From contig JAKMXF010000348.1 in the NCBI GenBank assembly GCA_024704765.1, forward strand, positions 119,162-183,161: a DNA stretch of 64,000 nt, read 5' to 3'. A model generated the notes under the pieces. That model was not told the origin of the DNA and ran no database searches. It saw only the letters and a program-made list of their open reading frames with translations. The first letter of the stretch is position 1; every line of letters starts with the position of its first letter. This document shows positions 1 through 12,130 of the stretch, piece after piece. The DNA comes from Oopsacas minuta. Lineage: Eukaryota; Animalia; Porifera. Position numbers and translations under genes: made by a program.

Positions 1-1059
1 ATTTGTGTCACAATGTTCAGCCATAGCCTACTAAATATAAGGCCTAACAGCAACTCGAAATTTGGCACCAGGGATGCAGTATTAGCTGGAAGCATTTATA
101 GACAGTTTCTTTATTACAGAAAAATGCATTTTTGGCTGAATAAATGTATTACATTTTTGTAGAACAGCAAATTTTACACAAATAAATGCTAAAAACCTTT
201 AGGAATGTGTAAAAATATGTGGCTAGTAAGCATTTATTTAGCAAAATATGTAATTCTTTGATGCCTTGTAGAACGCTAAATATTGCATTTATCAACTCAA
301 AGTGAATAAATGAAAAGATCTATGGATCCTTTTATACAAAATATCAAAAGTTTGTCATTCAAAAGTTGTCTCGTTGTTGAGTTAAAGTAGAGACCATGGA
401 TGACAAGTTTTTATGAATATTCAATTATAACTCGAGAATCATTTAAATTATCGTAAAATCAGGATAGGCAATTTATACTATTTACCCAACTTCCCATACT
501 CTTGGAATACATTTTGATATGATATCTCTCACCAATGTGACGATGCCCATGCATGGTCATTTTCAATATTCTGCAATACTCTTCAATTATTTCTTATCAA
601 AATGTATTACAAGGGTATGCGAAGTCGGCTAAATTGTGTAAATTGACTATCCTGATTTTACGATGATTTAAATGATTCTCGAGTTATAATCGAATATTCA
701 TAAAAACTTGTCATCCATGGTCTCCACCTTAACTCAACAACGAGACAACTTTTGAATGACAAATTTTTTACATTTTATATAAAAGGATCTATAGATCATT
801 TCATTTATTCACTTTGAGTTGATAAATGCAATATTTAACGTTCTACAAGGCATCAAAGAATTACATATTTTGCTAAACAAATGCTTACTAGCCACATATT
901 TATACACATTCTAAAAGTGTTACCATTTTCTGTGTAAAATTTGGTGTCCTACAAATCTGCAAAACATTTATTCAGGCAAAAATGTACCTTTTCTACAATA
1001 AAGAAACCATGTATATAAATGCTTTCAGCTAATACTTCATCCCTGGGGCCTTATTAACT

Positions 1060-1165
1060 AAAATTCTTAAGTCAAATTCTTAGAATTTTGCTTAACTTTA
1101 AGTCAAATTCTTAGAATACGACTCAATTCTTAGAATAATTCTAAGAATTCGAACAATTCTAAGAA
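1060..1165. repeat. Harbinger left subterminal array of AATTCTTAGAAT/ATTCTAAGAAT motifs
   Basis: Several direct and inverted copies just inside the left TIR. Confidence 0.85.
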
Positions 1166-1626
1166 AAATATTTAGTGAGGTAAAGAGGACACTTAACTTA
1201 TAATTTATTCTACTTTTCTATGAAATTATAATCAATACGCATTTAATAATAAAGAAGATTGTTTATCGCTTAAGACAATATGTTTGATTATCATATCTAC
1301 ATGTTGTAATATCCGCAGCATAGAACCATAGTCGAATTACATACCAACTATATTTAGATACTATTTCTTGATGTCACTCTGAATTGTATTATGACATCAA
1401 TAAATGTATTTATGTAATTAAATTATATCTCATATATTTTGAAACATAATAGTTTTGTATCTAAACTAAGGTAAATAAAGTCAATGTCATTTGAGTGACG
1501 TCCTGCAAAAATATACGCAATCTATGCAATTTTATCCATTTACGTACATTATCATCTTTAGTGATAAGTATAAATAATGATAAAATGTTAGTTAATTATG
1601 ATAATATCTTAACACTCGCTCTCATA

Positions 1627-2417
1627 ATGACCACTGAAAAATCGAAAACTCGTTCAAAGAATTTTACTCAGGAGGAGATTATGTCACTCGTGGATCTCAT
1701 TCATGATCAAAAATCGAAATTGTTCGGCGCTCTAACATCAACTCTAACTTTCGATGATAAGAACAAAATCTGGGAAGAAATTTCAGGGAGACTGTCTGAA
1801 TTAAATGGGAATGTAAGAACAAGAGATGATGTCATGAAAAAATGGTATAATATACTAACAAAACATAAGCCTCGTATTGCAGATAAGTTAGCATCAGCAA
1901 GAAAAACTGGAGGAGGTCCTGCAGATGCTGATTTGGATGAAATAGAAGCTAAAATCAGTAGCATCAAAGGGAAGGAAGCTTTTGAAGGCATTGAATCGGG
2001 TATCGATCTCTCTCTTGAATCCCAGTGTGCAAATGATGAAACTGAAAGGATGCTGATAAGCCCAGTTCCCTCTGAAGATATTGAAGAAATAAAGTTTTTC
2101 CAACAAGCCCCAAGAAAACGTCATCGTTTGGAAAATGACGAATTGGAATCGACCAAACGTGCAATTTTAGAGAAAGAAGATAAGAATTGGAGATTTTGAC
2201 TAACATTGTTTCTAAGCTAGATCGGCTTGAGAGTAAATTCGATCGAGTGATCCAGATTTTGCAACATACAGCAGCGGATCAATCAAAGACACTTTCTCTT
2301 CTGATGGCTCAAACTATGCCTCCTCTGCCGCATTTTCAGACCTTGCCCCCTTCATTTCCTACTTCTAATTTCTCTTCATTGCCTCATTACTTTCAAAGTA
2401 AGATTAGGAATCCATAA
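1627..2417 (+). pseudogene. Harbinger Myb/SANT-like DNA-binding protein, 1-bp frameshift near 2186
   Basis: RSKNFTQEEIMSLVDLI...WEEI...KKWYN...ARKTGGGP trihelix pattern. The C-terminal coiled segment continues in another frame (LEILTNIVSKLDRLE). Confidence 0.85.
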
Positions 2418-2492
2418 TTAAGATTATTATGTTATAAGTAAATCATAGTCGAATTCATTCATGTCCTCAGTTAATTAATTAAACTTCCTATA

Positions 2493-3535
2493 TCATGTGA
2501 AATAATTTATAATTATATTTTCTAGAACTAAAATCCCATTATCTGAATGTTCAGTGTCTTCTGTTTCGGTGTAGGGTATATCACTTTCCAAGTTTTCAAT
2601 ATGAATTTGGAGACCGCAATCAACACAAAAATTATGAAGTACCATAGAGGATAAGATTAGTTTGCAAACTCTCTCTGGGCTATAGCACAAACTGCCACCA
2701 GTCTTGTCCATTGATCTCCATTTGCTCTTCCATATTCCAAAGGTACATTCAATTGTCTTTCGAGTCTTCAGGAAAGCACGATTATACCTTCTTTCGCGAG
2801 GTGTAACAGGAGATAGTAATGGAGTCATTAAATTTGGGCGCAACGGATAACCATTATCGCCGAGAAACCATCCATAAAGAATTGGAATTTCTTTACTGGT
2901 GATCTTAAGATTGATTCCTGATTGCCTCCATATGAACGCGTCATGTGTGCTGCCTGGCCACTTCACAACTACATCAATAAACTTGAATACATCGTCACAT
3001 ATCGCTTGGACGTTAATTGGATGAAAACTTTTACGATTAACATAAATTGCTTCGTTGGTGCTAGGTGCAACAATTGAGATATGTGTGCCGTCTATGCAAC
3101 CTAATACTTTAGGAAACCCGAACTTTTCCATAAATCCATGCTGCATACTCATCTGTCTAGCAGCAGTTGGAAACTGTATATACTCTTTCGCAATTGAGCA
3201 CAATGCATCTGTTACACCTCTAACACAGTTGGACACAGAGGGCTGGGAAATTCCATGAGCTGATGCAACCACAGTTTGGAAACTACCCGTAGCTAGAAAC
3301 TGAAGAGTGACCGCTAATTGAGTTGTCACCGAAAATGGATGAGATTGGCTTGTAGATCGAGACATGAAAGTCTCAATTTTATCATGCAATTCTAAGAACA
3401 TTTCTCTTCTGATTCTAAACGAGAAATAAACTCTACATCAGTGTATGCATCAAGAGGGTTTAACCTGTCACGAATTATTCTCTGGCGTCGTAAACTGCCT
3501 ATTTCCAGCTCCAAAAGAACAAAAAGCGAGGACAT
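2493..3535 (-). pseudogene. Harbinger (HARBI1-like) DDE transposase, 1-bp frameshift near 3418
   Basis: IDGTHI, WPGSTHDA, LGDNGYPL and IECTFG motifs. The true N-terminus (MSSLF...RDRLNPLDAYTDVEFISR) lies in another frame starting at ATG 3535. Confidence 0.92.
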
Positions 3536-3704
3536 GAGTATATACAATAGTACACAAATGAGAAATGCAATGAATATCCTTTTCTATTGGGTGGGGCAAT
3601 TTATTGTATACTATGCGCATATCTTCTCAAAAAGCGATTGAAGTCGAATGAATTGGCATAAATTTTATTAATCAATAGCAAGAATCAATCAAGTAGAATT
3701 ACCC

Positions 3705-3860
3705 AATTCTAAGAATTATTCTAAGAATTATTCTTAGAATCCGTTAGGTATAGCCAAGTTAAGAATTCTTAACGAAAACTAAGAATATTTCATGAATTCT
3801 TAGAATTATTCTTAGAAATACACTTAGAATTAAGTTAAGAATAATTCTTAGAATTTTAGT
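3705..3860. repeat. Harbinger right subterminal array of the same motif
   Basis: Multiple TTCTAAGAAT/TTCTTAGAAT copies just inside the right TIR. Confidence 0.85.
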
Positions 3861-4259
3861 TAATAAGGCCCCTGGTACTTTTACTGTTAGGCCTTATATT
3901 TAGTAGGCTATGGTTTAGCCTGTGTATCTTTGACTGTGGTTTGGCTTTGTGAAGTCCGTGCTTACCTAGATCTTCAATCTACGTATTTGATACAGTATAT
4001 ATACGATGTATTTACACGACAAATTGCGTAGGATTAACAACAAAAATCCAGTGTAAACATATATAACTACATAAATAGTCAATTTCGTACTTTCGTAGGC
4101 TAATTATAGCATCAGAGAAAGTATAAGAGCAATACTTACAATTTTTGAAAAGGTTTCTATTATTTCACATAAATCCAATTAGTATGTACTATTGAAGATT
4201 ACATGAATCTGCGAAGATATCCTATCAATTCAACCGAAAATATCAGAAGAGCGTTACGC

Positions 4260-6114
4260 TATAAATGTTCATCTTATGCCATTAAATCTGGACAACTAGT
4301 GAGGCGTTAGGAAGAAATTTATCCAATTGTTAAAACTGCTGATAAACTATAATATATACTTAAAGAAGTGCATGACAAAACGAGCATTAATGTTTCAAAT
4401 AGTCTTCCAACATCGCAACAGAAAATACTATTAACCAAATATGTAAACGAAATTAATTCTGAACATCCTAAAATGCCGTCAAACAAATCAACCTTACTTA
4501 AAATATCCTATTGTGCCATTGCAACCACGATGTAGTGATATTGGTTACGATACCTATGCTAGACTACACATTAACATGTGCATAACTTATATGGTATAGT
4601 TATGATGGAATGGAAATCCCAAGATAGGTAAAACGAACAAATGTAGCGACATAACTTTTGGACACATCAACTGTATCTTTTATGTACTAATATCTACTAT
4701 ACCAGAGTGGTTCTCAAATAGATACATCTGTATTATCGATACTATTGAATTGGTTCAAATATTAACCAGTGCATTTATTGACTTTTGATATATAAGTTTT
4801 GAGGGAGGTATGCTATAAGTAAGTATCCAATTTAACGAAAAAAATTAATATGTATTAACCATATATTACGATACTATCTAGATACGAACAATATTTCTTG
4901 ATTATCTAGATCGCTGTTCAATTCATACTCATCAAGTAATGCTAAGTGTATTATAATAGTCATCCTTATTAATCGAAAAGAATTGTATAATCACTGCTAA
5001 AACCTAACAAACAATACATGTAATGGGATAGATCTAAATGAAATGTAGTTATTGTGTAATCTTTTAGTTTAATCTCATTTTTTGAGGAATTTAGGTTTGA
5101 ATCTGTGTTATCCATTATTGATATACGAGATAATGTAGCCCCGTTATCATTGATATTTCCTGGCCCATACTGTATTAAGAAATCATATTCTAGTAACATG
5201 AGTGCCCAGAGCCACAACCGCCCTATACTCTCCTGCCTTGCTAACCACTCCAAGGCTTATGATCTGTGAATATGATAAAATGTATTCCCAGTAGGTGATG
5301 TCGGAAGCGTTTTACTGCCCCCCATAATTGCAAGACATTCCAAATCCATTGACTGTAATTTCTTTGTCCTCTACTATAATATGCTACCACCTGATTCTGT
5401 TTTTCCAGACTGCCCCCAATTCAGTGCCACTTGCATCCGTAAATAACGTAACTGTAATTCAATTTTGGACATATCAATATTGGTTCTCATGTTAGTAAGT
5501 CCTTCAGATTCCCAAACGCGGAATTGTTATTATCATTCAAAGTAAAAACTGAGTCTTTATCCAAGAGTGAGTTTAATGGCTGAGCAATCGAAGAAAAATT
5601 CTGAACATATCTTACATAGTAGTTGGTTTATCTCAAAAACTGATTTAGTTCTCTTCGGTCCGCTGGCGGTGGTCAGTGCTTGATTCAGTCTACTTAGACC
5701 TTTCTGGAGATATTTCCATTGTATTAAACTTGTGTCCCAAGTAGATAACGGAAGGTTTACCAATTTTACATTTCTTACATCGAAGAGTTAAATTGTGATT
5801 CCCAAGTTGTTGAAACCCATTACAGAGAGCTGTTCGATGTGATTCCACATCTACCGAGAACACCAGTATTTCATCAATAAAGTTATCAGTTCAGTCCGTA
5901 AGCCCACATAACAAGTCCAAAAATTCGAAGTTGATGGTGGGACTAATATGGAGATGGTAATGTTTCAGCATATGCATTTCTCACTGTGATATGGCATTGT
6001 CAAGTCCGGTAATTTTGATCGCCCGTGCCTCTCGTGCTATAAAATTCCAAGCTCCTGCAATCAAAACTGTTGATTTTATTTTTGCCATTCATTATCACCA
6101 AATTGGGCTGAAAT
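4260..6114 (-). pseudogene. Degenerate Ty3/gypsy pol (RT, RNase H, probable integrase)
   Basis: Minus-strand motifs [49 protein letters not shown] and WALMLLEYDFLIQYGPG. RT-RH-IN order. No LTRs identified. It probably continues right of 12137. Confidence 0.8.
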
Positions 6115-6560
6115 CACGAGTGTGAAGTTGGCTGAATATTCGACCAGCAGTACTTCAACCATTAATTTGACCAACTTCCCATAGTCAGAATGTAAATATT
6201 TTTAGGTCATTCGAAAGAAGAGATACGGACGTTTCTGAAAATAATTTATATTTTATGAACTTTAATTTTTTCTAATAGAAATTGGTGCATCTAAGCAGCA
6301 ATAGTTCACATATGAATTTAGTATACTTAAACAAATTATTTTTTCCTGAAATCAGGGGCATGTATTCCTGCTGTATGGACGTTTATGTGTTTAAAATATT
6401 ATGGTAAAATAAACAAAACTTTGAGATATTTAAATTTGAAAACTGGCTTGCTAGAATCGAGTCTCTAATAGATTTGTACTAAGCACACAAATTTAATGAA
6501 ACAATCTAATCCATTCTAACTATAGTAACGCATATAGATTACTGCAATATCAACTGTTTG
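6115..6560 (+). repeat. Left 446-bp TIR
   Basis: Line-by-line reverse-complement match to 11685-12130. Confidence 0.95.
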
Positions 6561-7403
6561 ATCTCAGTTGACTCATTATGAATTACTCAAAGATCAGAAT
6601 GTACTTTCAATTAATGCCATAGCATTTACTTTCCATATATTCCAAAATAGATTAAATAACAATCAAAGTTTAAATGTCTAGTAGAAATGAATAATTCGGA
6701 GTTATTTGCTAAATTTCAATGACTTAAATCAACTACTGTTAGATGTACCATGAAATCATTCTAATAATATACATATCCACATGATAACTTCCCCATTAGA
6801 AATACAAAACACTGCTGCTGAAGTGTAAACCTCTTGAAATAGTCCTTTCGTATTTGTATCAATATTATCTTATATTTCCTCCATTCATTAACAACTCTTT
6901 TATTTTTATCACTTTCATCAAAAAATCTTTCACGATTGTACAATTCCAAACTCTAATACAAGTCTTGTTGACTTAGGTTTGTTGTCTATTTTCAATATAC
7001 AGTTTTTCTCGAATAGTACTTCGGGACTATTATATATTTCGAGGTCCCTTCAGGGGGGCGATTATTCGAAGAAGGGCTACCTACTATTCGAGAAAAAGGT
7101 ATCTAAATTCTGCCCTATATCAAAGATTGTATTATTTTCTCCACATTTAGAATCATACTTTCGTTTCGACCCTCCTTCAATGGAACCAAATAGTTTCATT
7201 ACTTCAAGTGGAATCAATATTTCAAAATGTAGCTACCTTTCTTCCTATTTAAATTATTTCGGTCTCATCGGAACACGTGCTTGATGTGCAATAATCAACT
7301 ATAACAAAAGTTAGATTTACCTTAACACGTTTTCTGGTGAGTACGACCCATATAGTATTTTTATGTTTCCTTTTTAGTTCCACGAGACCTTTAGCTGTTA
7401 CTT

Positions 7404-10320
7404 TTGTATATCGAATCCACTTTCAATTCATACAAAGAGGTTGCGAGTTCACTTTCTGTTGGTCCTAACGTTAGTAATTCTATTTGGGGCATTATTTGTA
7501 AAAAACTACATGGCCGCAATAATCCGGCTCAAAGAAAATCTATTTATTCGAAATGGAAAAATAATTCACACAATATCCGCGTGGTATTCGAGCGAGTAAT
7601 CGATCCATCAGTCTTGCCTCAGCCATCTATAGATTTCATACCGTGTAAATCGCTTTCTCCATGTCCACCACCTCCACAAAGTACAACCGAATCATGATTG
7701 TGAGTTATAGTCTCGACTCTTTCTCAATAGTGGATTTGCCATCTCTTCAAACTGCCACAATTTATCGAGATATTATCCATTGCCTGGAATCTGCGTCTTC
7801 TTTTCATGATAATCATGAAGGAATATGTTGGGAGTCAATTGAACAGGATTTGTTAGATGATAGGCTAATGGTGATTTGGTCTTCAGCTCCATCAGACCTA
7901 TCTCATTACTATGATTTGAGAGATGAGCAATACAGTATCGACCTTTGCGGATGTAATGATAGTAGTAGTTTAGTCGAATTTTATTATTACAACAATCACC
8001 AGGCTCAGTTGTGGATTGATGGTTGTAACTTTTACCGTTATCGGAGTTCAAATTCTTACGAATGTTTTTGGCAATTTGAAAGTATTGAATTTGTACAGTG
8101 TAGTTCATTCGTAAATAATTTTCCAAAAAGTCAGTATGAACATCAAGTCATTGAGCAGACAGCCATGTTGCTAATGTGGATAGTTCTTCATAAAATTGAT
8201 TGTAAGCCAACTATTTTGTTTAAGAATAAGTACTTGCTCCTGAGGAAAGATCAGATGAGTTTATTTATTCATTGGGTAGTCAAATTGAGAGACCAGTTTC
8301 CCTGTATTGGTATTGAGGTATTTAAAGCTCTCTATACTAATTGCATTAATGCTAGGATATGCAGAATAGAAATTTCCCCGGATTGTCACCAACCCCTGGC
8401 TCTGAAAATACTCCTCATCTTCCTGTTGACGAGGATTTTGAAGATGAAGATCCTATCAAATGCAACAATATTATGTCAAATACAGTTAATGACCAAATAG
8501 CCCCGTTATCTGATAAATCTGATGTATTTCTTATGACACCAGAGTCAAACGTCAATGGAGAATTTCTTCTTGAGATTGGTGAATGGGATAGTATTCATTT
8601 TATCGATTTTCAAGGTAGAGATATATTGAATAGAGATTGGACAGCTGTGTTTAGCAATAAAATATCTAAATTATATCCAGCATGTGTTCTTAAATTTAAC
8701 AATTATTGGTTTAGAAAGTCTTCCAGCCGAAAATAAATGCGCCCTACTTTCGAGCATCTGCTGAATGCAAGTTTTCTAATTGTTACAAATTTTAGTTTTG
8801 TGTTGACGAGCTTGTAACTACGAATACAATCACAATACAATATGTAGTAAGTGGTTCACTCTCCTTGCAATAGTCTGATGGAGAGACTGTATATGCACGT
8901 CATATATCTGGTAGTTTGCGAAAAATTTATGGAGAAATTCTTCAGCACACATCTGTCACAAATATTTTTCATAAACAGTTCAACTGTCAAAGTAGCTCAA
9001 TGGAATATTGTAGAGGTAATTTTACTAGCCTGAGGTCTCAAGAATGCTTAAGACAGATAAAAACTGAAGCTATATCATCAAATAGATTCTCTAATGATCT
9101 AATTACAGATATTTTATCACTCAAGAATATTATCGTAACTTATTGAGTGAAAAGCCAATACCTGGTTACATTCAATATTTTGTTAAGGAACCCTTCATTA
9201 TGCATCTATATATGAAGAGGCAGATAGAGGTGTTGAAATATTTAACTAAAGATATAGTTTTGCATTTGGATGCTACAGGTTCCATTATATGTAGACCTCA
9301 GTTTTTCACCAAATCTATTTATTATTATTCTTTAACTCTACAACATCCCGATTACCACATTACACCTATCCCTGTAGCAGAAATGATAAGTTCGGACCAA
9401 GGAACTGCTGAGATAACCCACTTCCTTAACAAATGGTACTTGAATTCAAAGTTAATTGTACACAAAGAAATATTCATGACAAGAGTGGAAATAGATTACA
9501 GTTGGGCATTGATTCATAGCCATTATCGCATTAAATAAAATTAATATTTTAGGGTATTTAGAGAGTTTTTGGAGAAAAATAAATTCAGACAAAAGCTCGG
9601 TTGATGTGGATGTCTTCATTGTAATTCATTTATATTCTGCTCACGTAATGCATAAGTTGAGTCAGAACTTGTCAAAAACATTCAAATCGATAAAACTCTA
9701 AAACAACTAATCCTGCATGTCTTTGCTGCAATTTTGAGAAGTATTACGATGGGAGAAATAAGTCGACTTTTCATCTTACTGTGTAATGATTTATCTGTTG
9801 AGCATTCAACCGAAATTATCAGTTCAAGTTTAGTAGAGTTAAACGATTTAGTGAAGGGTAAAATAGAATTACAGTTAGAAACGAAGGAAAATATGAACTT
9901 GATACTGATACGAAAGAGAATCCTACCACTTATCGTTGTAAATCACCAGTTGGTAGACATTTCGATACTCTGAGAAAAGATAATTGCACAGATCATATTA
10001 TTCACAAAGGCAATCGATCAAATCCATGTTATTCTCTGGAAGTTTTAGAATATCTGCTGACATATTATATGCCAATTGTACCTCTTTGGACTGGAATTAT
10101 ACTGTCTAGGAGCAATGAAAACCTGTGTAAGGCTAGTAATGCAAATGCAGAAAATTGGTTCGGAATAGTCAAACATCCAATTTTAGAAACGAAGGTAAAC
10201 CTAAGAGCTGGCGATTTTATACGTACAATGTATGAATATGTGAATGACAGAATTGATGCATTTAATTTTGGATTTGATCCTTTGGCTATCAGCATATTTA
10301 AAAGTAGGAAAGGAAATTAG
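7404..10320 (+). pseudogene. Fragmented NOF-like (MULE superfamily) DDE transposase
   Basis: LHLDATGS (D1), PVAEMISSD, EIDYSWAL (D2), YSAH (CxxH-like) and NAENWFGIVK (E), spread over several frames with stops and frameshifts. Confidence 0.8.
7661..8500 (+). CDS. 279-aa uninterrupted ORF of unrecognised family inside the NOF-like element
   Basis: 840 nt stop-free in very AT-rich DNA; overlaps the upstream and downstream transposase-like frames at both ends. Confidence 0.55.
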   Translation: MSTTSTKYNRIMIVSYSLDSFSIVDLPSLQTATIYRDIIHCLESASSFHDNHEGICWESIEQDLLDDRLMVIWSSAPSDLSHYYDLRDEQYSIDLCGCNDSSSLVEFYYYNNHQAQLWIDGCNFYRYRSSNSYECFWQFESIEFVQCSSFVNNFPKSQYEHQVIEQTAMLLMWIVLHKIDCKPTILFKNKYLLLRKDQMSLFIHWVVKLRDQFPCIGIEVFKALYTNCINARICRIEISPDCHQPLALKILLIFLLTRILKMKILSNATILCQIQLMTK

Positions 10321-10419
10321 AAATACAAAATGAAGAAAATTCCAAAGAAAAATGATGTCGCAGAAGTAAATGCCAACAGAGTTACATCGATCCTAATCTA
10401 AGTAGGGTAGATAAAGTTT

Positions 10420-11208
10420 ATGCCAGCAATAAATGTAAATAAAACGGGAGGGAAAGTTAATAATAAGAGAAAAAATTCTGATTTTGTAATTCCACACAAA
10501 AAAAGGAATATTGACAAAGATTCTGTAAGAAACACGAGCCCAGTTGTTGTCCTCACAGTTAATAACGTTGAAATTATAACAGATTTGGATATAATAGAAT
10601 TGTGTACTTTAAATTATGATCTTCCAAGTTATAATCCCATCTCCCACACAGGAAAGTTAGATATTTGTAACACGTTACTTAATGTCAGGGTAAGTCTAAG
10701 AATAAATAATATTAATAGTCAAATGAACAGGCCGTTGAATTATTATATACCTAGCAGAACTCAGTATATTCCTGGAGATGGGAACTGCTTATTTTCTTCC
10801 TTAGCATATTCCGTGTCAGGTTCGCCAGATAATTCTCATATAATACGTAAATGCATTGTAGACAGTATGTCAAGTTCGCTAAAAGAAAAATGTGGATAAT
10901 TTATTACTAACAAATACTCAAATACTTATAGGAACACAATAGATTATATAAATAAAACAAACATCAAAGACAATGGAGTATGGGGTGGAGATTCGGAACT
11001 ATTTACAGCAGCGCTTCTATTTAAGACTGACATAAGGGTGTTTATGAAAGAGACTGGAAATAGTTGGAATGTATTCTCCGGCAAAGGTTCTTCATTTGAT
11101 GAGGTATTGAAATCGCCTCCCGCTAATGCTAATGGATCAATATATATTGTACATACAGGTAATCACTATGAACCTGTTTTAGAAATTTTAGACAAGATTA
11201 TAGTATAG
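10420..11208 (+). pseudogene. OTU-family cysteine protease (deubiquitinase-like) domain, one internal stop at 10897-10899
   Basis: IPGDGNCLFSSLAYSVSG, then in the same frame past the TAA: VWGGDSELFTAALLF and IVHTGNHYEPV. Confidence 0.85.
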
Positions 11209-11684
11209 GTACAACAATAGAGGTCTAGTAATATTTGATTCCTTAAATATAGCTTAGCTATAATACAGTTTTTGTATAATACAAAAACCCCATATCAACA
11301 GAATAACGATGAAATTTGTAATTGTTGGAAAGTAAATTGGAGGGCGCTCCTTTAATGCTCTGCAACACAGCGTATCTCTGAAGAATAATGTTACGCCCTA
11401 CGAGCAATGAACATTGAAAGGGACAAGTAAGAACGATAGAAACCTAGAATATATATGTGAGTCATTATAGCTTCAAAACTTCTGCTGCCTACTTGAGAGG
11501 TACACAACTAAATACATCAACTCAACTCGTAACACAGCAAATCAAGACTATGCAAGGATCATATAATCTTATAATCTGATGTATTCTGTGAATTTTGACC
11601 AATGTTTTCGTATTTATTGAACTGAATATCAATTCACCAATAAATAAAACTATATTTAGATTCACAAATCATTTCGTATTACAG

Positions 11685-12130
11685 CAAACAGTTGATATTG
11701 CAGTAATCTATATGCGTTACTATAGTTAGAATGGATTAGATTGTTTCATTAAATTTGTGTGCTTAGTACAAATCTATTAGAGACTCGATTCTAGCAAGCC
11801 AGTTTTCAAATTTAAATATCTCAAAGTTTTGTTTATTTTACCATAATATTTTAAACACATAAACGTCCATACAGCAGGAATACATGCCCCTGATTTCAGG
11901 AAAAAATAATTTGTTTAAGTATACTAAATTCATATGTGAACTATTGCTGCTTAGATGCACCAATTTCTATTAGAAAAAATTAAAGTTCATAAAATATAAA
12001 TTATTTTCAGAAACGTCCGTATCTCTTCTTTCGAATGACCTAAAAATATTTACATTCTGACTATGGGAAGTTGGTCAAATTAATGGTTGAAGTACTGCTG
12101 GTCGAATATTCAGCCAACTTCACACTCGTG
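11685..12130 (-). repeat. Right 446-bp TIR
   Basis: Line-by-line reverse-complement match to 6115-6560. Confidence 0.95.

Larger units (their letters stand above)
1046..3871. mobile_element. PIF/Harbinger DNA transposon, 2826 bp, two convergent genes
   Basis: TIR GGGCCTTATTAACTAAAATTCT at both ends; 3-bp TSD CTG (1043-1045, 3872-3874); encodes a Myb/SANT-like protein (+) and a DDE_Tnp_4/HARBI1-like transposase (-). Confidence 0.95.
21..3913. mobile_element. Foldback/MITE-like element: ~500-bp imperfect inverted arms around a ~75-bp spacer (520-594); right arm interrupted by a Harbinger
   Basis: 21-519 is the reverse complement of 595-1045 plus 3872-3913. Termini CCATAGCCTAC...GTAGGCTATGG. 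Flanks TTCAG (16-20) and TTTAG (3914-3918). An apparent empty-site paralog lies at 12423-12459. Confidence 0.85.
6115..12130 (+). mobile_element. NOF/Foldback-related MULE-type DNA transposon, 6016 bp, with 446-bp TIRs
   Basis: 6115-6560 is the reverse complement of 11685-12130 with no mismatch seen by eye. CAC...GTG termini. TSD CTGAAAT (6108-6114, 12131-12137); an 8-bp GCTGAAAT reading is also possible. Internal transposase and OTU remnants. Confidence 0.92.

Noticed and set aside
1060-1165. Repeat array as a possible CRISPR (also 3705-3860)
   Set aside because: Short motifs in both orientations, no regular unique spacers, no cas genes, eukaryotic context; explained as Harbinger subterminal repeats.
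2180-2190. Programmed ribosomal frameshifting in the Harbinger genes
   Set aside because: No slippery heptamer or downstream structure was evident; simple 1-bp deletions or sequencing errors explain it.
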